Assembly (NCBI GenBank): GCA_963750165.1
Contig: CAVVPN010000003.1
Location: forward strand, 2,624,001-2,688,000
Direction of reading: 5' to 3'
Source of the DNA: an uncultured Gemmataceae bacterium
GTDB lineage: Bacteria > Planctomycetota > Planctomycetia > Gemmatales > Gemmataceae
DNA length: 64,000 nucleotides
The notes below the pieces were generated by a model, which ran no database searches, was not told the origin of the DNA, and saw only the letters and a program-made list of their open reading frames with translations. This document shows, piece after piece, positions 54,903 through 64,000 of this stretch (positions are counted from its first letter, which is position 1; each line of letters begins with the position of its first letter). A program made the position numbers and the translations under genes.

Positions 54903-57286
54903 ATGGGTGGTTGGGTCAAATCAACCCGCTTCTGGATGCCCGCCCTGCTGGTGGCCGGCGGACTGGTCGGTTTCCATGGGGCACACCAGGCGCCCCAGCC
55001 TGGCCCTGCGCAGGAAGCGCAACCGGACAGTGCCACCGTCCAGAAATTTGTCACCCAGCATTGCCTCAGCTGCCACAATGGCGATGACAAACGGGGCGGA
55101 CTGGCGCTCGACGCCATCAGTGCCGATGACGTGGGCAAGCACGCGGCGATCTGGGAAAAGGTCGTGCGCAAGCTCGTCGCGCGGCAAATGCCTCCCGCGG
55201 GCAAGAAGCGTCCGGACGAGAAGGCGTATGAAAAATTCGTCGCCGCGCTCGCAACCGCCCTGGACCGCGCGGCCGCCGCACACCCCAATCCCGGCCGAAC
55301 CGTCACCTTGCGCCGCTTGAATCGCACGGAGTATCAGAACGTCATCCGCGACCTCCTGGCGGTGGACGTGGACGCCGCGGCCCTGCTGCCGCAGGACGAA
55401 GCTAACCACGGCTTCGACAGCGCACCGCTGGGCGATCTGTCACCGACACTGCTGGAGCGCTACGTCACGGCGGCGCAGAAGATCAGTCGTCTGGCCGTCG
55501 GTCGGGCGCCGACCACGCCCAACAGCGATACGTTCCGGACCCGGCCGGACCTGACGCAGGAAGGCCACGTTGCCGGGCTGCCCCTGGGGACGCGCGGCGG
55601 CCTGCTGATTCCGTACACCTTCCCGCAAGACGGCGACTACGACATCCAGGTCTGGCTGACGCGCGACCGCAACGAACACATTGAGGGTTTGCGCGAACCG
55701 CACGAACTGGAAGTGCTGCTGGACCGCAAGCGCGTGGCGGCGTTCACCGTCAAACCGCCCGCCAGGGGCCAGTCCGATGCCCAGGTCGATAAAAACCTGA
55801 AGGCCCGCGTCACGGTGGCGGCCGGGCTGCACGACCTGGGCGCCACGTTCGTGCAGCACCCGGCGTCGTTGCAGGAAACCAAGCGCCAGCCGTATCCGGC
55901 GCACTGGAACCTGCATCGGCACCCGCGCAAAACGCCGGCGGTCTACCAGGTGTCGATCACCGGCCCCTACAACGCGAAAGGGCATGGCGAGACCGCCAGT
56001 CGCCGCCGTCTGTTTATCTGCGCACCGACCGGGCCGAAGGACGAAGAGGCTTGCGCCGAAAAAATCCTGTCCGCGCTGCTGCGCCGGGCCTACCGCAAGC
56101 CGGTCACCGCTGCCAACCTCGACAAGGTGATGAAGTTCTATCGGCAAGGCGCAAGGCCGGGGATTTCGACGCCGGCATTGAAATGGCCGTGAGTGCCGTG
56201 CTGGTGAATCCGCAGTTTCTGTTCCGCATCGAACGGGACCCGCCCGGCGTCGCTGCGAAGACCGCCTATCGGGTCAGCGACCTGGATCTGGCATCCCGAT
56301 TGTCCTTCTTCCTGTGGGGCACCATCCCGGACGACGAACTGCTGGACCTGGCCGAGCGCAACGAACTCCGCAAGCCCAAAGTGTTTGAACAACAGGTGCG
56401 GCGCCTGCTGGCGGACGAACGCACGCGCAACCTGGCGACCAATTTCGCAGTGCAATGGCTGCACCTCCGCAACCTGGAGTCGATCACGCCGGACCTGCGG
56501 TTGTTCCCGGATTTCGACGACAATCTGCGAACCGCCTTCCGGCAAGAAACCGAACTGTTCGTGGACAGTATGCGCCGCGAGGACCGGAGCGTGCTGGACC
56601 TGCTGTCGGCGGACTACACGTTTCTCAACGAGCGCCTCGCCAAACATTACGGCATCCCGCACGTCTATGGCGAGCGCTTTCGGCGCGTGGCGCTCGGTGC
56701 CGACCGGCAACGGGGCGGCCTGCTGCGGCACGGGAGCATTCTGACGGTCACGTCCTACGCCACGCGGACCTCACCGGTGGTGCGGGGCAAGTGGGTCCTC
56801 GAAAACTTACTCGGAACCCCACCGCCGCCCCCGCCGGCGGACGTGCCGGCGCTGCGGGAGAACACCGTGGGGACGAATCTGACGATCCGCGCGCGCCTGG
56901 CCCAGCATCGCTCCAACGCCGCCTGCGCGAGTTGCCATCGGCTGATCGATCCGGTGGGCTTCTCGCTGGAACAGTTCGACGCGGTGGGCCGCTGGCGAGA
57001 TCGGGACGAGGGGCAGCCGGTCGATGCGGCCGGGGGGCTGCCGGACGGCAGCGCGTTTGAGGGCGTTGCCGGACTTGAGAAGGCGCTGCAGCAGCGGCCA
57101 GAGTGGTTTGTCCGCACGCTGACCGAGAAACTTTTTACCTTCGCACTGGGCCGGGCGCCGGAAGAATATGATGCCCCGGCCATCCGCAAGATCGTCCGCG
57201 ATGCGCGGGCGAACCATTACCGCTTTTCCGCGCTGATCGTGGGCCTCACGACCAGCACACCGTTTCAAATGAGGAGGTCGCAGTGA
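54903..57286 (+). CDS. DUF1587/1595/1592/1588/1585 (PSD2-5) cytochrome c protein (frameshift near 56150)
   Basis: CLSCH, LRRLNRTEYQN.IRDLL, LASRLSFFLW, TSPVVRGKW, CASCHRLIDP.GF. Confidence 0.92.
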
Positions 57287-58626
57287 TCGTCACCAAGAAG
57301 GCGCTGTCGCGACGGACGTTTCTGCGCGGGGCGGGAACCGCACTGGCTTTACCGCTGCTCGATGCCATGATTCCCGCCATGACCGCCGAGGCCCAGACGC
57401 CGGCGGCCCCGCAGCGTCTGCGCCGTCTCGGCTACGTTTACATTCCCATGGGCTGCGATGGCACGCGCTGGACGCCGACCGGTCAGGGCAATCTGAATCA
57501 GCTGTCGCCCACGCTCGCCCCGCTGGAACGGGTCAAGCAGCATGTCACGGTGATCGGCAATCTGGAATTGCGGAACGCCTACCCCGGCACGCACGCGACC
57601 TCCAACTCGGCGTTCCTGAGCGCCGCCCGGGCCAGGCTCACGGAGAGCGCGGACTATTATCTGGGGACCACGGCCGATCAGATCGCCGCCCGGCACATCG
57701 GCCGAGACACGCAGTTGCCCTCGCTCGAACTGTCCATGGATTTGCTGACGCTCGCCGGCCAGTGCGACAACGGTTACGCCTGCGTCTACCAGAACAATCT
57801 TTCCTGGTCGTCGCCGACGACGCCACTGCCGAGCGAGGCGCATCCGCGGGTCGTCTTCGAGCGGCTGTTCGGCGACGGCGCCACCAGCGCGGAACGCCGC
57901 GCGGCCCTGCGGAGCCGAGCCAGTCTGCTCGATTCCGTGCGCGAGGAGTTGGCCCAGCTCAATAACCAGCTCGGCGCAACCGATCGCGCCACCGTCGCCC
58001 AGTACACGGACAGCGTGCGCGAGGTGGAACGCCGCATTCAACGCGCCGAGGCCAACGCCAACGAACACCCGCTCCCCGATCTCGACCGTCCGGTGGGCGT
58101 CCCGGCCTCCTACGCCGAGCACGCCCGGTTGATGTTCGACCTGCAGGTGCTGGCCTTCCAGAGCGACATCACGCGCGTCATCACCTTCCAGCTGGCGCGG
58201 GAAACGAGTAACCGGACCTACCCCGAGATCGGCGTTTCCGATCCGCATCATCCGCTCACGCATCATGGCGGCGACCCAGCGAAGATCGCCAAGGTAGCCC
58301 TGATCAACCGCTTCCACGTCTCGCTGTTCGCCGACTTTCTCGTGAAGTTGCGCGACACGCGGGAGGGCAATGGTACGCTCCTGGACCATGCGCTGCTGCT
58401 GTACGGCAGCGGCATGGGCAACGGCAACCTGCACGACCACGACAACCTGCCGATCCTGGTCGCCGGTGGCGCCGCGGGCCGGATGCGCGGCGGGCGGCAC
58501 GTCCGCTATGGGAAGCCGACGCCGTTGGCCAACCTGCACCTGACGCTGCTCGATAAGGTCGGGGTCCGCATCGACTCATTCGCTGACAGTCGCGGCAGGT
58601 TGGATGACCTGTTTGCTCCGCTGTAA
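57283..58626 (+). CDS. DUF1552 domain protein
   Basis: LSRRTFLRGAG..LALPLLDAM, P.E.HPRVVFERLFG, HHPLTHH, GSGMG..N.H. Confidence 0.93.
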   Translation: MIVTKKALSRRTFLRGAGTALALPLLDAMIPAMTAEAQTPAAPQRLRRLGYVYIPMGCDGTRWTPTGQGNLNQLSPTLAPLERVKQHVTVIGNLELRNAYPGTHATSNSAFLSAARARLTESADYYLGTTADQIAARHIGRDTQLPSLELSMDLLTLAGQCDNGYACVYQNNLSWSSPTTPLPSEAHPRVVFERLFGDGATSAERRAALRSRASLLDSVREELAQLNNQLGATDRATVAQYTDSVREVERRIQRAEANANEHPLPDLDRPVGVPASYAEHARLMFDLQVLAFQSDITRVITFQLARETSNRTYPEIGVSDPHHPLTHHGGDPAKIAKVALINRFHVSLFADFLVKLRDTREGNGTLLDHALLLYGSGMGNGNLHDHDNLPILVAGGAAGRMRGGRHVRYGKPTPLANLHLTLLDKVGVRIDSFADSRGRLDDLFAPL

Positions 58627-58640
58627 AATGTTGTGGTGAT

Positions 58641-58688
58641 ACGCTCTTCGCTACGCGACGGGCTTTGCGGGCGCGTAGCGAAGAGCGT
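58641..58688. terminator. Perfect 17-bp stem downstream of DUF1552
   Basis: ACGCTCTTCGCTACGCG / CGCGTAGCGAAGAGCGT. Confidence 0.5.
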
Positions 58689-58731
58689 ACACCGTGTAAT
58701 ACGAAATCGCCTTGTTCGTTCGTGGTGGGTC

Positions 58732-58786
58732 GGAGCTCGAGCGCCAGCGAGGAGCAGCGCTGGCCCCTCGCTGGCGCTCGGGCTCC
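58732..58786. repeat. REP-like palindrome (GAGCGCCAGCGAGG family)
   Basis: GGAGCTCGAGCGCCAGCGAGG / CCTCGCTGGCGCTCGGGCTCC. Confidence 0.75.
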
Positions 58787-59179
58787 AACCGGAAACGCGA
58801 ATCGCCAGGGCGCTGCCGTATAAGTCCGTTCTGGATAGGGCGAGCGGTTACGCGAATCACACGTTCGGCGGCTTGACGGTGCAAAGGGGTTCGTTTGGCA
58901 TAGTGTCTTTGGCGTTTTCTGAGTCGAAAAAATGCAAGTGATTCGAGAATGCAGCCTGAAGGATTACGCTGGACAGTTCTGGCAGCGCCAGAGGGGAAAG
59001 AAAACTCGTGATGACGAACCTGCGATCTCGGACATTGAAAGAGGTGGAGATCCTGTTTTCTGGCTAGCTAACATCTATCCGTACAAGCTGCCCCAACCAT
59101 ATAACGACAAGATTGAACTGGTCAAGTTCGAGGAACCTGAGGAACTCAATTGCCTCCTCATTCATTACTCGATGATTAA

Positions 59180-60566
59180 GGCAACGTTTCAAAATTAATC
59201 CGCAGTTCCCTTCTACAATAACCCTGGCCCAACCGGGGGCCTGGTTTGGAAGGGAGGCAGAGCCGTGGACATCCACCAATGCCAATGCCCTCACTGCCGA
59301 CAAGGTGCGGACCACCCCGAACGCGCCCTCCATTACCGGCTCAACCTTCTCCTGAGCCGGTTGGATGAGCACCAACGCCGGTGGTTGGCAGCCTGGGAGT
59401 CCCAGAAGGTCGGCCGCGGCGGCGACCGCCTACTGTCCCTCATCACCGGCCTGAACGTGGAAACCATCCGGCGCGGTCGCCGGGAACTCGAGGACTCCCT
59501 GCGGGACTGCCCCCCGGATCGCATCCGCCGGCCCGGGGCAGGACGGCCCGCTGTGAAAAAAAAGTGCCGGGCCTCATGAACGCTTTGAGGCAGCTGGTTG
59601 AGGAGCAGACCGCCGGCAGCCCGCAAACCTGTCAGAAGTGGGTGCGCCACAGCGTCGCCTACCTGAGCACGCGGTTGCAAGGCCAAGGCTTCGCCGTCAG
59701 CCCCGCCACGGTCTATCGCCTGTTGGACGACCTGGGCTATTCGCTCAAGGCCAACCGCAAGCGCTTCACCGGCCCGCCTCACCCAGACCGGGACCGGCAG
59801 TTCGCGTACATCGCCGGGCAGCGGCGCCGCTTCGCCATCCTCGGCCAGCCGGTGATCAGCGTGGACAGCAAGAAAAAGGAGTTGATCGGCAACTTCAAGA
59901 ATGCAGGGCGGCAGTGGTGCCGGCACGCCACGGAGGTCAACGCCCACGACTTCCTGGACGACGCCTTGGGCCGGGCCGTCCCCTACGGGGTCTACGACGT
60001 GCGCCAGGACCGCGGCCATGTCTACGTGGGGTTGTCCGCCGACACCGCGGCGTTCGCGGGGGACGTGATCGGCCGGTGGTGGCGCGGCGAGGGACGGCTG
60101 TGGTACCCGCAGGCCGACGAGTTGCTGATCCTGTGCGACGCGGGCGGGAGCAACAGTTGCCGCGTGCGGTTGTGGAAACAGCGCCTCCAGGAGGAGTTGG
60201 CCGACCGCTGGGGGCTGTGGGTGACGGTGTGCCATTACCCGCGGGGGGCGTCGAAGTGGAACCCGGTGGAGCACCGGCTGTTCAGCCGCATCAGCGTCAA
60301 CTGGGCGGGGGAGCCGCTGCGAACCGTGGAGACGCTGTTGGCCTGCATCCGGGGCACGGAGACGGACGCCGGTTGGGCGGTACGTGCGACGTTGCTGGAC
60401 GCGGAGTACGCGAAGGGGGTCAAGGTGCCGGACGCAGAAATGCAGACGTGGCGCCTCCAAAGGCATGCCGTCTGCCCCAGTTGGAATTACACCATCAAGC
60501 CACGTTGGACAATATTCTAACATCAGCACCCAGGTGTAAGCTGCGGACTAATTTTGAACGGCTGCC
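59180..60566 (+). mobile_element. ISAzo13-family insertion sequence, 1387 bp
   Basis: Imperfect TIR GGCAACGTTTCAAAATTAATCCGCAG vs GGCAGCCGTTCAAAATTAGTCCGCAG; 3-bp TSD TAA. Confidence 0.93.
59265..60520 (+). CDS. ISAzo13 transposase (orfA/orfB joined by a probable -1 frameshift at A8G, 59556-59564)
   Basis: RIRRPGAGRP, HPDRDRQF, ISVDSKKKELIGNFKN.G, DAGGSN, SKWNPVEHRLFS. Confidence 0.92.
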
Positions 60567-61211
60567 TAAGGACGACTGGATGGTGGAACGCTGTCTTGTT
60601 CCCTGTCCGAAAACTCGACGATTGGGAGACATGGCTGCAATTGCACTTGAGCGAAGATATTTTGAGTCCAGTCATTCTGGCACGCAGATAACGCTGTTTC
60701 GAGAGTGGAAGGACAAGCAGACGCTAACGGGTTTTATTAGCGCAGAATCGTGTCCTCTCGTGGAGATGACTTGGGAACGCGTGTATGAGATCGTGGATGG
60801 ATGGGGCCGTCTACATGCGATGGCTGCACTCGTGAAGTATGGAAGTAAGTTCGAGCCATTTGAATGCTTCGTCGCGAATAGGAAAACGGACGCTGGGCAG
60901 GTTTCTGGTTGAGGGGCAACCGCTGAACCATCTTTGCACGTGGCGGGTCGTATCAGGCTACACGGACACGCCGGGTCGAGCGGCTCGAACGTGAATTGAG
61001 GTGTTCGGTCCCGGAGAGCGGATGAAATTCAACCGATTCCTGGGGGCAATGATTGCCAGGAGGGTATTGACGCAGCTGGCTCAGATGCGTTGTCGCTTCA
61101 TAGTAATGTACTCCTTTCGGCCAGCGCTCGACCGAGTTTGTGAAATCACCGAAAACGTATACCCTTTCACTCATTCATACAGCTGTTGAACCTACCTCTT
61201 GAGAACCAGCG

Positions 61212-63128
61212 ATGATCGATAGCCTTACTGTCGCCGAAGTCGTTTCTGCTATCCTCGAACAGGGTGAGATAACCAAGGACCAGATTCTGGAGACATGGGG
61301 CATCGCGGAAGAGGACTACAAGGAACTGCAGAAACAGGTTCTGAAGGGCAATCAGTCCATTGAAAAGGGGTCAAGGCACAGCGGCGGGTTCGTCGTCAAG
61401 AAGCGCAAAGGGAGACTGCCGGAGGAGAGCACCACCGAAGTGCTGCTGCTGCGGACAGACTGGGAAAAAACTGCCGTGGCGCGACTGGCCGAACTACTGC
61501 AGCACGGGAAACTCGAAGACTTGCTCGGCACGTTGCTACAAACAGTGCGGCAGGTGCGTCTTGCGGAAACAGGAGTCGATCGCCGCGGCCAGAAGTCAGA
61601 GTTGGCCACGGCGCTCGTTCTTCAGCGCGGGATCGATTTGTTCTGTGAAACCGATATCCGCGAAGCCGTGGGCAAGTCGGCGAGCGTTCCCGCGCCCAGT
61701 CGCTGGCACCCAGGTAAGCCGGCCGCAATCGACTTCGTCGCTAACACCGGCTTTCCCCGCGAACTAGCGGGGTTACCCACTGAGGAAGGACTGCCCGATT
61801 TTGAATACCTGGAAGGCCGATTTCGGCTGCGCCCCCTTGAGCCTTTCCAGTGCGAGGTGAAGGAGGAACTGAGCCATACTCTTCAAGATGCAGGCAAGCG
61901 CACGATTGTGACCTTGCCGACGGGGGCCGGCAAGACCCGCGTCGCTGTCGAGACCATTCGCGATTGGCTGACGAATCGGTATGACGTTGCTGCCCAGGCC
62001 CTCACAGGCGGTGTTGTCCTGTGGTTGGCGCATACAGAGGAACTGTGCGAGCAAGCATGCACTTGCTTCAAGCAGGTTTGGGAAGGTTCGGAGAGCGTTT
62101 GTCCGCTGCTCCTAGTGCGCTTCTGGGGCCGCTACACACAGGACCTCGCAAAACACCGGCAGACGCTGGAGCAGGTTCTGACGCGCCCGGGTGTCCTGGT
62201 CTCCACACCGCAGCGGATCATGAACCTGCTGGACCGGCGAATCGAAGGCAGCGAGGCGGTACTCGCTGACTTGACCGGGACCCTGGGCCTGGTAGTCATT
62301 GACGAAGCACATCGTGCCGCGGCGCCTTCGTACCAGCGCATCATGGACAACCTGATTCCAGAGGAGCGCCCGCTGTCGGTAGTCGGCCTCACGGCCACGC
62401 CGTTTCGCATGGAGTACGTAGGAGACGACCCCGAAGAGGGAACACGGGAGCTCAAGGAGATTTTTCACCACCTGATCGAGCCGATGCAGACCCTGGGTTC
62501 TGAGCCAAGACTCAAGCTGCAAGACATGGGCGTCCTCGCGCGGCCGGAGTTGAGAACGATCAAGACGCAGACAAAAATGCGGCTGCCGACGGTGCCCACC
62601 AAGGGAACGCTTTCCGAGGAGGAATTGGAGCGGCTTGATCGAATTCTGGCCGTGCGCACGGACAACACTCCACGGCGCCTCGCGATCCTGAAAGAATTGC
62701 TACCGCTCGCCAAGAACCCTGGACATTCCATCCTGTACTTCGGCCCCACCGTGCGCGATGCCGAATGCATGGCCTATCTATTGCGCCGGGAAGGAATCCC
62801 CGCGGCAGTCGTGAGCGGCAACACCCGCGATGTTACACGGCGCCAGGTGGTCACCGAGTTTAAGCAGAAAAAAATCCGGGTGCTTTGTAACTGCGAAGTT
62901 CTGACTACTGGCTTCGATGCCCCCCAGATCAGTCACATCGTGATGGGACGGCCGACGGTCAGTCGGGTTCTGTACGAGCAGATTGTCGGCCGCGGGCTCC
63001 GCGGGCCGAAGTTTGGCGGGACAGCCACCTGTGTCATTCTCAACTGCGAGGACAACTACACGGGTGACCCACCACCGCTTGGTTATGAATCATTCCGCAG
63101 GGTTTGGCTCGGATCCACGGGTCGGTAG
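61212..63128 (+). CDS. SF2 DEAH-box helicase (ResIII/Helicase_C)
   Basis: LPTGAGKT, DEAH, GLTATP, VLTTGFDAP, QIVGRGLR; ~200-aa unexplained N-terminus. Confidence 0.92.
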   Translation: MIDSLTVAEVVSAILEQGEITKDQILETWGIAEEDYKELQKQVLKGNQSIEKGSRHSGGFVVKKRKGRLPEESTTEVLLLRTDWEKTAVARLAELLQHGKLEDLLGTLLQTVRQVRLAETGVDRRGQKSELATALVLQRGIDLFCETDIREAVGKSASVPAPSRWHPGKPAAIDFVANTGFPRELAGLPTEEGLPDFEYLEGRFRLRPLEPFQCEVKEELSHTLQDAGKRTIVTLPTGAGKTRVAVETIRDWLTNRYDVAAQALTGGVVLWLAHTEELCEQACTCFKQVWEGSESVCPLLLVRFWGRYTQDLAKHRQTLEQVLTRPGVLVSTPQRIMNLLDRRIEGSEAVLADLTGTLGLVVIDEAHRAAAPSYQRIMDNLIPEERPLSVVGLTATPFRMEYVGDDPEEGTRELKEIFHHLIEPMQTLGSEPRLKLQDMGVLARPELRTIKTQTKMRLPTVPTKGTLSEEELERLDRILAVRTDNTPRRLAILKELLPLAKNPGHSILYFGPTVRDAECMAYLLRREGIPAAVVSGNTRDVTRRQVVTEFKQKKIRVLCNCEVLTTGFDAPQISHIVMGRPTVSRVLYEQIVGRGLRGPKFGGTATCVILNCEDNYTGDPPPLGYESFRRVWLGSTGR

Positions 63129-63231
63129 CGCTGCGATGTCGCCGGCGAGAATGCGTGGGAAGGGAAATGGTGAAAAATGGTGGAAAAGAGTGAAAATGGG
63201 GACGTCCGCGTCCCCTTTTTCTACCCGGCGA

Positions 63232-63379
63232 TCTCGACGTGCGAAAAAGTTGGCGTTCTTGGCGTTCTTGGCGTCCTTGATTCGACAATCGGCGTCACCG
63301 GGCGACGCGCGGTGACGGCCTGGGAGCCATTCTCGACATGTGAAAAAGCTGGCTCCCTTGGCTCCCTTGGCTCCCTTGC
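63232..63379 (+). repeat. Two copies of the 49-bp head + triad repeat
   Basis: TCTCGACGTGCGAAAAAGTTGGCGTTCTTGGC... at 63232 and TCTCGACATGTGAAAAAGCTGGCTCCCTTGGC... at 63331. Confidence 0.88.
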
Positions 63380-63602
63380 TCGGTCAATCCCTGCCGCGCC
63401 AGGACCGGCCGTGCCAGCCAGCCCAGGCTGGGGTTGAGCCCACGATGCCGCTGTATTCCCACTCCTGGCGCGATTGCTACCCTGTCCGCCGGCGGATAGA
63501 CTCGGGTAAGGAAGAAGTCCGTCATACCGCGCCTGAGCGGCCCGGGACCCCGCGATTTCGCGAAGGACAGGATCTCCCGGCGCTAATTCGGAGTCGATTG
63601 CC

Positions 63603-64000
63603 ATGGGAATGAAGCGATTCGGAATCGGGGCCCTGGTTTTGGTGCTGCTCGCCGGCGGTTCGGCCCTGGCCCAATCCAGCGCCCCGTTGGCGGACGCCGC
63701 GGAAAAGCGGGACCGTGCCCAGATCGACGCCCTGCTCAAAAAAGGCGCTGCCGTCAACGCAGCGCAGGTGGACGGCATGACGGCCCTGCACTGGGCGGTG
63801 TATCACGACGATCTGGCGACCGCAACGCTCCTGGTCAAGGCCGGGGCCAACGTCAAGGCCGCCAACCGCTACGACGTGACGCCCCTCTCGTTAGCTTGCA
63901 CGAACGGCAACACCGAGATCGTGGCATTACTGCTCAAGGCCGGCGCCGATCCCAACACGACGCTGCGCGGCGGCGAGACGGCCTTGATGACGGCCGCCCA
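63603..64000 (+). CDS. Secreted ankyrin-repeat protein (runs off window end)
   Basis: Manual translation: signal peptide, then DGMTALHWAV, AGANVKAANRYDVTPLSLAC, GGETALMTAA. Confidence 0.9.
   Translation, partial: MGMKRFGIGALVLVLLAGGSALAQSSAPLADAAEKRDRAQIDALLKKGAAVNAAQVDGMTALHWAVYHDDLATATLLVKAGANVKAANRYDVTPLSLACTNGNTEIVALLLKAGADPNTTLRGGETALMTAA

Larger units (their letters stand above)
58932..60912 (+). pseudogene. 196-aa hypothetical protein with a ParB/Srx-like motif, split by ISAzo13
   Basis: 58932-59179 + 60570-60912 join in frame (YSMIK-DDWMVERC...YEIVDGWGRLHA...). Confidence 0.8.

Noticed and set aside
60953..61189. Short ORFs between the ParB-motif gene and the helicase
   Set aside because: No recognisable motif or convincing RBS; cannot be supported as genes.

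Overview
GC-rich bacterial DNA, most likely from a Planctomycetota (Gemmataceae-like) genome. Support for this: paralogous DUF1501, DUF1549/DUF1553, DUF1592/DUF1552, DUF4058 and Uma2 genes, and an LEDRTVP export motif. The core genes are upp, hisD, xseA-xseB-ispA-dxs, an ArnT-like glycosyltransferase, a dnaA paralogue, a GNAT and a creatininase-family gene. These are repeatedly interrupted by accessory genes and a rich set of small non-autonomous repeats. Many ORFs, including ispA, carry single-base frameshifts, often in G/C or A runs, which suggests long-read indel errors rather than pseudogenisation. Best candidates for undescribed biology: (1) a ~300-450 bp GGGGTCA...TGACCCC-bounded element carrying a captured homocysteine S-methyltransferase 3' fragment, in three copies that bracket a large secreted protein gene and a CHAT-STAND-TPR module like cassettes; (2) that NLR-like CHAT protease-NTPase-TPR module with near-identical repeats and a small partner gene; (3) a wHTH/coiled-coil + P-loop ATPase + membrane-anchored beta-rich protein operon; (4) a non-palindromic 49-bp dispersed repeat at accessory-gene junctions. 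Also present: an ISAzo13 element splitting a ParB-motif gene next to an SF2 helicase, two MITEs with clear TSDs, and REP-like palindromes inside coding sequences. No rRNA, tRNA, cas genes or true CRISPR array were recognised. Family calls are from motif recognition only; no searches were run.
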